Positions 44,188-57,400 of a stretch of 64,000 nt of DNA are shown here, piece after piece. The stretch spans positions 1 through 64,000 of the forward strand of contig NGBS01000042.1 in NCBI GenBank assembly GCA_002245135.1, given 5' to 3'. The notes below the pieces were generated by a model. It did no database searches, was not told where the DNA came from, and saw only the letters and a program-made list of their open reading frames with translations. Both the position numbers and the translations under genes were made by a program. Within the stretch, counting starts at the first letter, position 1, and each line of letters begins with the position of its first letter. Source of the DNA: Proteromonas lacertae (lineage: Eukaryota).

Positions 44188-44542
44188 CTTGTCAGAAGAA
44201 CAATAACTGTCTTTTTTGTCTTTTTTTCAAGTCAAATTTTTTAAAAATTTTATAAAGTCCAAATTTTTAATAGATACATGACTAAAATAAAAAATTTCAC
44301 TTAATATGCACTAAGTAATTATTTATGCATAATTCTATATGTTTTTCTATCAATTCCACCGATAAACACAAATATAAAATCTTTCGGAAAACATAAATAA
44401 TTCATTTTCCGACATCTTTATTACCTATGTGATGGATTGAGCATATTTACTATTTGTATTAATAATTGTGTGTCGCAAAATAGACAATTTTATCTTGAGC
44501 AAGCTTTGGCTTGACTAAATAACAGTTACAAACTTATAAAAG

Positions 44543-46115
44543 ATGGCTAAAAGATCATCTAGTACACTAGGTATAGCATAAAATGTTTCTATCAATAGTA
44601 AAACGGTTTATGGGCCCAAAACAACCTCATGTTCTTGAACATAAACACGATAGAGTTGATGTAGGTCCAGGATCATATAGTATAATATTTTAAAATGATT
44701 AATTAGATGTTCCAACTATTTTTAACTCCCCATCATCTAAATCACCAAGAACTCCAAGATATTCATTTGCTAAAGATAAAAGAGATCATGGAGTAACTGA
44801 TCCAATCCCAGGTCCAGGTGAATATAAAACATATGGTGCGATTGGTGATCAAGTATTTGTTATTGTTTAAATATAATAGACTTTGTCTGATAGAAAATCT
44901 GCTCCAAGAACAAAAATCGGTACTGCAAAAAGAGATGATTTCTATCCACATTTCGAAACACCAGCTCCTCATGATTATCAACCTGATATGGATAAAGTAT
45001 TGAAAAAATCACCAAGATATACAATTGCTTCAAAATATAAAGATCATTTGAATGATATGACTCCAGGTCCGAATGAATATAAAGTTAATATTGATGCAGC
45101 CTATGCAGTATATATATATATATAACTATTATTATTTAGTCTCCACCAAAATATACAATGGCGAAGAAGTATAAAAATGATTTGGGAGATCAAACTCCAG
45201 GACCAAGTGAATATCAAAGAAATGATTTTGATAGATGTAAAACACCTGTATTAATAATAATAATAATAATAATAATATTTTTTTAGAGACAACCAGCATA
45301 TACAATGAGATCAAAATCAGCTTGTAGAAATAGAGATATTACACCAGGACCAGGTGAGTATAAGAATAATGCAGAAGAATTCAAAACATCTTCACCAAAG
45401 TATTCATTGAGAGTAAGACCGCATTCTTCAATGGGAGATGAAACACCAGGTCCAGGAGCTTATAAGAATGTTAGACCAGCTTCAGCAGCTCCTTCATCTC
45501 CTCGATATACATTTGCAGGTAAATACAACTATTCAGGTGATGAAGGTGTTCCAGGACCAGGTGCTTATAGACCAAATGCTGTAACACCTAGAGCTCCAGC
45601 TTTTACAATGTATGGTAGAAATTCAGTTGGTAATCCAAATGATACTCCTGGACCAGGTCAATATAGACAGGAGAAGATACTAAAATCAAGTCCAAAATAT
45701 ACATTTGCAGGTAAGCCAAAAGGTGGAATGGGAGATCCAACACCAGGACCTGGGCAATATAGAATGAATGATCATGCTTATAAACCTGTATATATATATA
45801 TTATATTATTATTGTTTATATAAATAGAAAGCACCAGCTTTTACAATGGGTGGAAGAAAGTTGAATTATAATTACAATGATTCACCAGGTCCAGGTGCTT
45901 ATAAGTTCAATGGATCAATAGGAAAGCAATTGAATTCAACAGCAGTAAATGAACCAGCAATGTCAATGCCAAAAGCTAGAAGAGGTGGTTATAATACAAA
46001 TGATACACCAGGACCTGGTGCTTATAGTAATTATTATTATAAACAAGAAACTGGAAGAGGACATGACTTTGGAACTGGAGATAGAGAAGCTTATGAGTAT
46101 ATGTATTGGAAATAG
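44543..46115 (+). CDS. ODF3: SHIPPO-1/ODF3-type sperm-tail PG-rich repeat protein, multi-exon
   Basis: About 11 (T)PGPGxY repeats with SP(K/R)Y(T/S) spacers and short GTAT introns. Confidence 0.85.
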
Positions 46116-46314
46116 AGAAATAGAAGAGTTATTTATTTATTTAATATGATTTTTATTTTTTCTATTTTCTGTACTGTTAATAATAATTTGTTAATATCAT
46201 TTCTGCAATACTTTTCTTTATTTAAGTATGTAAGGTCTAAAATATTGATCAAGCCAAGCATTTTCAATTTTTCTTCTTTCATTTTTGTTTATCAAATAAA
46301 TATTATAATAAAAA

Positions 46315-47461
46315 ATGGAAGTGAATAGAGATGCAGCTGAAGATTGTTTTTCGAAAGGAAAACAATTTCTTTCACAAGGGAATCTAGAAAAAGCAAAGAA
46401 ACTGTTTGAAAGATCAAAGCGTTTATACCCATTACCAAATATTGACAGATATATTAGCCAATGTTCATCACAACCAGATACTCCACAGAGTAATCAAGAT
46501 GAGAATCCAACACCAACTCCATCTCCTAATGGTATTTATATATTCTTCCTAATATTTATTAGATAATGACCAATCAGGATTAAGAAATAGAAACAGATCA
46601 AACTCAAATGTATAATTTTTTCTCTATTTATATATATTTAGGCACAACGAGAATTAGTTGATAGAATTAATCATTTAAAAGACTATTATCAGATACTCGG
46701 AATAAGCAAAGATGCATCAGAAGGAGATATAAAAAAAGCATATCGAAAATTAGCTTTAAAATTACATCCAGACAAAAACCACGAAAAAGGTGCAGAAGAA
46801 GCTTTTAAGAAGGTAAATGCAGCATTCAAAGTATTATCTGATCCTCAATCCAAAAGAGAATACGATCCAATATGGTGATACAACCGACACTGAACAAAGA
46901 TATACACATTATCAAACATATGAACAAAACTTCGATCCTGATGATATATTTAGAGCATTCTTTGGTGGTGGAGGTGTAGGTGGATTTGGTGGTCCATTTG
47001 GTTTTGATGATGATGATGATTTATTTGGAGGTGGAGGTAATGTTCGATATTTTCGTACCACTGGTGGAAACGGTCGCGTTCCATTTATATTCAGACAGAG
47101 AACTCAACCTGAAGAGGAAGTGCCATTATCAAGAAGATTAATGTCAATCATTCCAATTATTGTTTTATTTGCTGTTTCTATCTTTATAAATGCAAGAGAG
47201 AATAATTATAGTTTTTCTACATATAAAACCAATGGTTATCCAGTTCAAAGATATATTCAATTACCTACAACCACTCTTTATTATTATGTGAAGACTTCGT
47301 TTGATCCAACACAAAGTAACATTCAACAGATAGAATCGAGAGTGCTTAATGAATATAAACAGCATTATTATCAATCATGTTATAATGATAAACGATATAG
47401 AAGAACAGCGACTAGTAATAGTTGCAAGATATATCAGGATATACTAAGGAGGATGTATTAG
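46315..47461 (+). CDS. DNAJB12: DnaJ subfamily B member 12/14-like co-chaperone (two short introns; one +1 indel near 46867)
   Basis: [12 protein letters not shown]-terminus, J domain DYYQILG...[15 protein letters not shown]-rich region, TM helix and lumenal domain. Confidence 0.88.
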
Positions 47462-47770
47462 TATTACTTATTCATTTTTCACGTAATTTATTGTTATTAT
47501 TATTATAACAGTCTTTATGATTATGTATGTTTTGTGTGTGGATATAATAATTTCAAAAATTGTTTTAACACTGTACTATAGTTGTTAATTGTATAAAAAA
47601 TAGCAAAAATAAAAATGATAAAACGAATATATTTTTTGGTAATGAAAACTAATGGTAAGTTTTTAATTAGTTTTTCATTTATTTGATGTTTTAAAAGACA
47701 AAGTTGATATTTTTGCATCACTTTGATTTTTGCTTTTTTTATATAAATCTTTTGACTTAAAAATCATCTG

Positions 47771-50700
47771 ATGCATCTATACAACTTAACTCTGAGCAAG
47801 ACATCGGCTGTGATATTAGCTACATTTGGTATATTTCTATTTATCTAATTATTTATAAATAGGTAATTTCAGTGAACCAAAAGCACAAGAATTTGCAGTT
47901 TCAAGAGGCAAAATATTAGAAATGTATAAAATTCTTGAAACAGGCAAATTACAGTGTTTATGCTCAAGTGAAGTCTTTGGTTTAATAAGGTCAATGAAAA
48001 CATTTAGATTGCCAGGAGGGAAAGAAGACTATCTTATTATCGGAAGTGATAGTGGAAGATTAGTGATTTTAAAGTTCGATAAAGCAACTAATCAATTCAC
48101 AAAAGTTCATCAATTAACCTACGGTAAGACAGGATGTAGAAGAATAGTTCCAGGACAATATATGGCATTAGATCCAAGAGGAAGAGCATTATTACTAGGA
48201 GCAGTAGAAAAGCAGAAATTAGTGTTTGTATTGAACAGAGATATGAAAGAACAATTAACTATCTCCTCTCCCTTAGAAGCACACAAAAGCCACGAATTAG
48301 TGTTAGATATTGCAGGTGTAGATAATGGTTATGATAATCCAATATTTGCAAGTTTAGAGTATGACTATACTGCATGTGATGAAGACCCAACAGGAGATGC
48401 ATATCGAAAAGCAGAAAAACAAATTGTGTATTATGAGCTTGACTTAGGCTTGAACAATGTAATTAAAAAATGGTCTACAGTTGTAGATAGGACTTCAAAT
48501 ATGATAATAACCTTATTAGTACCACGAGAAAATGAAGGAGAAGGTTTTGGCGCAAGTGGAGTGTTAGTTTGTAGTGAAGATTACATTACATTTATCAATC
48601 AAGATCATCCTCCAGTTAAAGCAAAAATACCAAAAAGACAACAGCAGAAAGATAGTAAAGTGATGATAACCTGTCAAGCATCCTATTACGCAAAGAAAAG
48701 CTTTCTATTATTCGTTCAAAGTGAATTTGGTGATTTATATAAAGTAACAGTAGATTCTCAATTAACAGAGAGTGGTTTAGTAGTAAAAGGAATTGAAATT
48801 AAATATTTTGATACTTTACCTGTAGCCAAGTGTATGATTATATCTGCTAGAGGATGTTTGGTGTTGTTAAGTGAAAGTGGAAATCAGTATATACTTATTT
48901 TTTTCATTTTTCTTCTTATTTTTTATTTATATATAATTTTATTTTATTGTTTTATAGTTATTGTTATCACATTTCTGAAATTGACAAAGGAGATACATCC
49001 GATATATTTACACCTCATTTACCTCAAAACTTAGAGTTAGTTGATGAAATACCATCTATCGCTCCATGCACTCAAATTGCCTTTGGTGATTTAGCCAATG
49101 AAGGATTACCACAAATATACAGTTTAACTGGCAAAGGATCAAGAAGTTCACTCAGAGTATTAAGACATGGTTTATCTGTCACTGAATTAGCTGTACAAAG
49201 TATGCCAGGTAAACCATTTGGTATTTGGAGTGTAAAAAAGCGTTTAACTGATGAATATGATAGTTATATTTTAGTCTCCTTTAATGATGCAACTATTATA
49301 TTAGAAATATCAGATAGTGTTGTTGAAGTAAAAGATAGTAAATTTATGATGAAAGAACGAACATTTGATATTAAATTAATGGATAATAATGAAATAGTAC
49401 AAATACATTCAGGTGGTATTAGAAATATTCAAGACTTAACAAAAATAAAAGAATGGAAACCTCCTAATAGAAGATTAATAAAATGTGGTAATTTAAATAA
49501 TAGACAAGCAGTTATAGCATTAGATAGTGGAATATTTTACTTTGAATTATCATCAGAAAATCAATTAGAAGAAGTAGCAAAGATAGATTTAGATATACAA
49601 ATATCCTGTATATGTTTATCACCAATACCAGAAGGAAGACAAAGAGCACCATTCATTGCAGCTGGTAGTTATGATTCTACTGTTCATATATATTCAATAC
49701 AAAACAATAATAATGGTAGTACTAGTGGTGGTGGTGGTGATGATATATTACAAGAATCTGCTATTCAAGCAGTTTCTAATGGTGAAAGTGGTACTTTAAT
49801 TCACAGTGTCTGTATTAATTTGATGAATTTAACAGAAGGAATACCATCGATGTTCCTGAATATAGGTTTAGATAATGGATTTTATGAAAGGAATGAAATA
49901 GATATGTTAACAGGTAAACTATCAGATAAAAGGACAAGATTAGTTGGTACAAAGCCAGTAACTGTATTACCATTAACAGTAGATGATCAATCAACAGTAA
50001 TTGCATTATCTTCTAAACCTTGGTTATCTTATACACTCAATTATAATTATAGAATGGCTCCAATATCTTATACAAAGTTAGATTATTGTTATAATTTCCA
50101 CTCTGAACATTGTCCTGATGGTATAGTTGCAATTAGTGATGAAACTTTGAGAATATTTACGATTAATCGAATAGATGATGACTTTAATCAAACTATAATA
50201 CCACTTACATTCACACCAAGAAAACTATTGGTTAATCCACAAACAAATAATTTAATTATTTTACAAACTGAACCAAATTCATATTCATATAAACAAGTAA
50301 TTGAAAGTTTTGGTGATAAAGGCAATGCTTTATTAGATGAAGATAGTTATGGTAAAGGAAATACATTTAAAAGCATAATGGGAGTTCCTAGACCTAATAC
50401 AGTTAATCCAATATATAAATATCAACCAATTGGAAGTAATACAACTAATACAGTAAAGACAGAAGTACAGCAAGTACAAGTACAACAAGAAGAAGATGGA
50501 TTTGATCATTGGGGAAGTTGTATACAAATGATTGACCCTAAAACATTATCAACTTTAGATATTTTCCCATTTGAAAATGATGAAGCTGCTTTAAGTGCTT
50601 GTTTAGTTGAATTTCATGATAGAAATGGTGAAATTGTTTTGGTAGTTGGAACTTCTATAAAATACAGATTATTCCCTAAGAAAATAGAAGGTGGAAAATT

Positions 50701-51580
50701 ATATGTATTTAGAATCCTATCACATACTAAATTCCAATTATTACATATAACAGAAGTTGAAGGTTTACCTTCCGCAATGTGTCAATTTCAAGGACGTTTA
50801 CTCGTCGGTATTGAAAAGACACTGAGAATATATGATTTAGGTAAAAGAAAATTACTTCGTAAATGTGAAAATAGAAGTTTCCCACATCATATAACTACCA
50901 TTCATACAATGGGTGATAGAATATATGTAGGTGATGCAAATGATGGATTTCAATATGTTAAATTCAGAAAAACACATAATCAACTAGTTATCTATGCAGA
51001 TGATGTATTACCAAGGTTTACAACATGTGCTGAAATATTAGATTATAACACAATGGTAGGTTGTGACAAGTTTGGTAATATATATGGTAGCAGAGTATCT
51101 GGTGATGTACAGGATGATATAGACAATCCAACTGGAACAAAAATATTTTGGGATAATACCAGTTATCTAAATTCTGCTCCTAATAAATTAGATTTAGTAT
51201 TTCATTTTTATACAGGAGAAACTGTAACATCTATTAATAAAGGAAGTTTAGTTCCTGGAAGACCAAAAGATGAATGTTTAATCTATTCAACTATCTTAGG
51301 ATCAATTGCTGCATTAAAACCATTAACAACTATACACGATCAAGATTTCTTTTTACATTTGGAAATGTTTATAAGACAATATGATCCTTCATTAGTTGGT
51401 AGAGAACAATTACATTTTAGATCGACATTTGTTCCTGTTAAAGATGTGATTGATGGTGATTTGTGTGAGTTATATCCATTATTAAAACCTGAGATTCAAA
51501 GAAAGATTGCTAGTGAATTACAAAGATCTGTTGGTGAAGTTATTAAGAAATTAGAAGATGTAAGAAATCAAATGATTTAG
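47771..51580 (+). CDS. SF3B3: Splicing factor 3B subunit 3 (Rse1/SAP130); introns from 47829 and 48887
   Basis: MHLYNLTL start, GKTGCRRIVPGQY, ISSPLEAHK, DLGKRKLLRKCE, PVKDVIDGDLCE. Confidence 0.96.
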
Positions 51581-51999
51581 AAAAATAAATATAATTAAAT
51601 ATTATTATTCAAAATTGTTTTCTTTTTTTGTATATTTCTTTTGTTGTATATTGTTTAACAAACACAAATATTACATTTTTCAATTGAAAAGAAATACTAT
51701 CAATTTATACCTCATATTTGTGATTTAGCCATGCAGATAATGAATTCATCTATCCTTATCAATAATCACTTCTACAGTAAGAATAAACAACAATTATTAA
51801 TTCAAGCTTTTTACACTGTTTGATATTTACTTTTAACTCAGATCTGATCGAGTCTCATTTTCTTCTTTTTTGAAAAATGCAATTTTCTGTTGTGTATTTC
51901 AATGGTATATGTATTGGATTAGTTATTCAGAATGATTATCTAAGTATATTTCATGTATATTTAAAATTTCAATAATTATCACAACAAAATAAAAATAAC

Positions 52000-52999
52000 T
52001 TATAGTAAATTACACCACTTATGTTTCTTTTTATCTTTCTTGGTTGGATCTTGAGTAATTTTGAAAGTTTTATTATTCTTCTTGTTAGACTGTGAAGCTG
52101 CACTATCCACTGGAGGTTCATCTGGTACATTATTCATATCTTCCTCTACATCTTCTATGATTGTTTCAATAACAGTCTCTTCAGCTTTGGGAGTTGGTGA
52201 ATTAACAGGCTTGGGAGCTTGTCTTAATTCTGGAGCTTGGTCTGGATGGATATCTTTAATTTGCTGTGGGTCAAATACTGTATTTTCATTCTTAGGGACA
52301 TCTCCTTTAATTGCTCTTAATGCAACATATTTCATAACTATACATTATTATTACCAATATATATGGATAGATACTTTCATCAATATTAAAATTATCTTTT
52401 ACTGATGCTCTATACAACTTTAAATGCAATTCTGAAGCTAAATTCTCTGCTTCTTCTCTATATATATATATTAAACAAATATATTATACGGTGACATAGT
52501 TGCTTGAGCTATTAAATCTGTTTTATTTTGAACTAAAACCATTGGAATTGAAACCACATTCTGCTTCTACTTTTGCTTTCCATTTTTTAATTTGATCGAA
52601 CGATTCACGGTTTGTTGTTGAAAAAACTAGAATAGCAGCTGATGCTCCTTTGTAATATCTACTTGTTAATGCATCGAATTCTTCTTGTCCTGCTGTATCC
52701 CAAAGCATCATGATTACTTCTTGGTCTGTTTCATCTAGATATATATGCTTTTCCATAAAATCAACACCTTAAACATTATATAATATGAATATACCTATAG
52801 TCTTTTTATATTCTCCTGTGAAACATCCCTTTGCATATCTTGTCAACATACTAGTTTTACCAACACCTCCATTTCCTACAGCAATTATTTTTAGTGTAAC
52901 TATATATAAAACATTAGAATTATGTAATAAATTTATATTTTTGAAAAGCAAATAACAATTTATAAAATATTGTATACTTTCAAAATCGTCTTCTTCCAT
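52000..52999 (-). CDS. RAB23: Rab23 small GTPase, multi-exon (one +1 indel near 52552)
   Basis: MEEDDFE..KIIAVGNGGVGKTSM, YKKTIG, WDTAGQEEFDALT, VQNKTDL, C-terminal CNLL prenylation motif. Confidence 0.9.
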
Positions 53000-53245
53000 C
53001 TTTAACACAAAAAATTTAAATCAACTGAAACAGGTTTGATAAAAAGCTTGAAAATCTTAAATTTGATTTTGTTTTTTTGTTGTATATATTACATTTTTTA
53101 CTGAAATATTGTGTGTCACATTTTATTCTCGCTTTCAATAATAGGAAGAAAGGTATAATTTGGTAATATAAAGAAAATCGTAATAATCCTTCAATATACA
53201 ATATCTATCTTATTAATCATTTACAAAACAGAATATTATCAAAAT

Positions 53246-53253
53246 AACAAACA
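53246..53253 (-). terminator. Candidate GU-rich polyadenylation element TGTTTGTT, 4 nt after the MBL-hydrolase stop codon
   Basis: Minus strand reads ...GTG TAA TTAA TGTTTGTT. The same 8-mer lies at 35456-35463 (+) and 51657-51664 (-), downstream of other genes. Confidence 0.5.
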
Positions 53254-53257
53254 TTAA

Positions 53258-53949
53258 TTACACAATCATATTATTTTCTTTTTCATATCCAATTGAAGTA
53301 AAATTGTTATGACCTGGATATACTCTAACATCATTTGACAATTTAAACAACTTATTCTTTATACTCTTCCTTATTTCATCACTATTACCTCCTGGTAAAT
53401 CAGTTCTTCCTACACTTCTTCTAAACAGAGTATCACCTGAAAAAAAGTGCATTTGTATCTTTCAATAAATAACACACAGATCCTGCAGTATGACCAGGTG
53501 TATGAATTACATCTACCTTAATACTACCAAAATTAACCTCATCTTTATCATTTATTGGATTAACATTCGATAATGGTTTAGCTTTAGGCATTCCCATTAA
53601 ACTAATACATGTAGTGTCTTTATACCATGGAGTATCTAAAGGATGTCCATAAATTGGTATTTTTAATTTGTCATGTAATTCTTCAGCTGCTCCTGTGTGA
53701 TCTAAATGTCCGTGTGTCAAATATATTGCCTCTACATAATATTATTAAGTAAATTTTATCATTTTTAGAAAAAAGATATTTTAACACCATTCTTTGATAT
53801 CATTGATAGTATTTTATCTACATCATAACCTGTATCTAGTAATACACCACACATTGTGTCTGTTGTCCAAACTAAATAACAATGTGCTTGCACTGGACCA
53901 ACAGTAATAAAATCAACTTTCACATTGGTTTGAAGGATAAAAGAAACAT
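53258..53949 (-). CDS. Metallo-beta-lactamase-fold hydrolase (glyoxalase II/YcbL-like); one intron and a +1 indel in the A-run at 53440-53446
   Basis: [50 protein letters not shown]. Confidence 0.88.
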
Positions 53950-54220
53950 ATTATATATGAATAACAAAAAGATATTGACAAACCATTCAACAATTTTACT
54001 TCTATTTCTTCATTAATTGATGGTAGAATAGTCTACATTATATAATAACAGTTAAATATTGTATATATACAGACATATGTGGAATAAAATGATAATGTAA
54101 TATCTGTAATTTGACACTACTTTGACATTTTATTTTTAAAACATTCATGCATATATTTTTTAATATTATATTATTTTCTTTATTGTGGGATATGTGAAAA
54201 ATAAATGCTGTGGTTAATAA
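53933..54220. repeat. Direct repeat copy 1 (~290 bp), containing the MBL gene start codon and upstream region
   Basis: First 128 bp identical to 59007-59134; the remainder is clearly alignable with scattered differences. Confidence 0.95.
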
Positions 54221-54406
54221 CTCAATAAACACAAAATAAAGAATAACATATTTTAATAAAAATATATTCGTTTCAATTTTTCATTTTTCTTAAATACAAT
54301 GCAGTTCTTATTCTTTTTTCAATAATATAAACAAAATTTTATTAATAATAGTAAATATAATAATAATTAATATAATAAAGAATGAATATTATATTATTCA
54401 TCTAAT

Positions 54407-57400
54407 TTAAGCTGGTAATAACATTTGTCTTGTTGCTAATTGTCGATATAATCCACCTTCAATTTCCATTAATTGTTCATGCTTTCCTGCTTCAACTACT
54501 CTTCCATGATCCATTACAAATATCATATCAGCATTTTGAATTGTACTTAATCTATGAGCAACTATTATACTTGTTCTGTCACTACTTTCTAATAATTTAT
54601 CAATTGCTTCTTGAACAACAGCTTCACTTTCGGTATCTAAAGCACTAGTAGCTTCATCTAATAATAATATCTTTGGATTTCTTAAAATAGCTCTGGCAAT
54701 GGCAATTCTTTGCTTTTGTCCTCCACTTAATGATCCACCTTTATTACCAACATCAGTATTGTAATTATCTGGAAATTCCATTATGAAATTATGAGCATTT
54801 GCTGCTTTTGCTGCTGCTACTACATCCTCATGAGTTATTTTATCATTTCCATAATCTCCCATCTTTATATTATCTTCAATTGTTCCACTGAATAAAACTG
54901 GTTCTTGACCAACTAAACCAAATTGTTTTCTCAAATACTTTATATTAATTGATCGAAGATCATGACCATCTAATAACACTTCACCAGCATCAGCATTATA
55001 GAATCTTTGTAATAAACCAATTATTGTTGATTTACCACAACCACTTGAACCAACTAAAGCTACTTTCTGACCTCTTTGAATTTTCAAATTCAATTTTCTT
55101 AAGATTGGAACATCTAATCTGGTTGGATATCTGAATTTCACATCTCTGAATTCTACTTCACCTAAGATTTCGGGTGTTTCACCATCAGGACGAGTATAAT
55201 CAATTGGTGGAACTCTATCTAATAATCCAAATACACTCTCAGCTGCTTGATTAATCTTTACATTATCAGTTGCTCTTCCAGCTGTTTGACCTACACTTTG
55301 AGCTGTTACCATTACAGACATTAACACTTTCATTAAATCAGAACTGTCACATTTACCTTCGATTGCCCATATTCCACCTACTCTCATTGCTAAAGCTGAA
55401 GCTCCCATTGATATTATTGTATTATAGAATTGTAATAAAGCAGTACACCAAGCATCTTTCTTACCCATTTCATATGGTTTCATTTGTTTCTTTCCAAACA
55501 TCACTGAGAATTTCTCTTGTAATCCAAAAGCATGAAGTGTTCTAATTCCATTTACTGCTTCTGATGCTAAAGCTCCTGCTTCTTCCATTGGCTTTCTCAT
55601 TTCTTTGATTAGTTTTTGCATTGCTCTTCCTTGTAAATATGTTCCTAATACTAAGAATGGGAATGCAGCTAAAATAACAAATGTTAATAACCAATAAGAA
55701 GCAAATGCAATTATTAAACCAACAAGACATGTAAATACAGTTTGAACAGTAGTAGCTAAGTTTTCACCTAAAGCAGCTTTTATATTTTGAGCATCTTGAG
55801 ATAATTTGGATGTCATTGCTCCAGTACTGTTATTTTCATCATCATAAAAACCAACATCTTGTTTTAACATTGCTGTAAAACACATTTGTCTAATTCTACA
55901 AGTTAAGCTTTCACCCATTGCACCAAATGTTAAAGAACGAATAAATGTAAGAATGAATAAAACAACTGCAAATGCTACTAAAATACCAGCCCACATAGCT
56001 GTTCCATTTCTCATATCAATTGTTCTTCTTTCATAATAAACATTTAACATTTCTGAGAATAATATGCCAAATACTGGCATTACAGCACCAGAAACTGCAC
56101 CACAGATTGTACCAACAACTGTAAGACATGTTTCTGGTTTAGCTAAAGCCCATAATCTTGATTTTGGTACAACTGGTTTTTCTACTTTAGCACCAGTTGC
56201 TGGATCTACTATATTGGATGTTAATATACTATCTCTCATTGAAGATAATTTAGCTACATAAACTGCATCTTCTTCATCTTCATCCACATCTTCATCACCT
56301 TCTTTCTTTTTGTTTAACATTTGACGATTTCTTAATTCAGCATATATTCCATTCTTGGCTATTAATTCTGAATGAGTTCCATGTTCAGCTATCTTACCTT
56401 CATTAAACACTACAATTTCATCAGCAGTTTCAATTGTAGATAATCTATGAGCAATTATCAGAGTTGTCCTAGCTCTTTGTTTTACTAATTCATCTAAAGC
56501 AGCTTGAACTATCTTTTCACTTTCACTATCTAAAGCACTTGTTGCTTCATCTAATAATAAGATTCCGGGATTTCTAACTAAAGCTCTAGCAATTGCTATT
56601 CTTTGTTTTTGACCACCACTCAATGAATGACCACCTTCACCTACAAATGTATCATATCCTTCAGGAAATTCCATTATGAAATTATGAGCATTTGAATCTT
56701 TGGCAGCTTTTATTATATCTTCATCAGTAGCATCTAATCTTCCATTTCGAATATTGTCTTTTACAGTTCCATTAAATAAAACTGGTTCTTGACCTACAAA
56801 ACCCATTTGATTTCTTAAACTAGCTAAATTCAAATCACGAATATTCATTCCATCAACAAATACTTCACCTTCTTCTGGATCATAGAATCTTTGTAACATT
56901 TGAATTGTTGTTGATTTACCACATCCACTTGCACCAACTAAACCAACTGTTTTACCAGCTTCTATTGTTAAATTCATTCCATTTAAAATCACTTGATCTG
57001 GTCTACTTGGATATCTGAATTTGATATTTTTAAATTCAATTTTACCTTCTAAATGTTCTATTTTCTTACCTTTATCATTCATTCCATCAATTGGAGGAAT
57101 TCTATCAATTGTTGCATATACTTCAGCACCAGAACCACAAGCTTGTCCAATAGCAACTATAGATGGTCCTAACATAGTTAAACCCATTGTTCCCATTAAT
57201 ACAGACATAAACACAGTCATAACACTTCCACCAGTAAAACAGCCATGTTCACCCAGCATACATTCACTAGCATATTGACAAGGCTTAAATCCATTTTCAC
57301 CACATGTTTTTCCAGCAAAATTAAATTCATGTTCACCTACTTTTTGAGGATCACAGAAATCCATCATTGATTTATGTTCTATCTGCTTAAACCACTCCAT

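Noticed and set aside
44650..46030. Regularly spaced CCAGGTCCAGG/CCAGGACC repeats resembling a CRISPR-like array
   Set aside because: They are codons for PGPGxY SHIPPO repeats, with synonymous variation.
51722..51735. GATTTAGCCATGCA resembles the 18S rRNA 5' region (possible snoRNA guide on the minus strand)
   Set aside because: Only 14 nt with a mismatch and no properly placed C/D boxes. The region is more simply the Rab23 3' UTR or spacer.
46860..53450. Programmed ribosomal frameshifting in the DnaJ (46867), Rab23 (52552) and MBL (53440) genes
   Set aside because: Each is a one-base extension of a homopolymer with no shared slippery motif or stop-codon context, typical of long-read errors.
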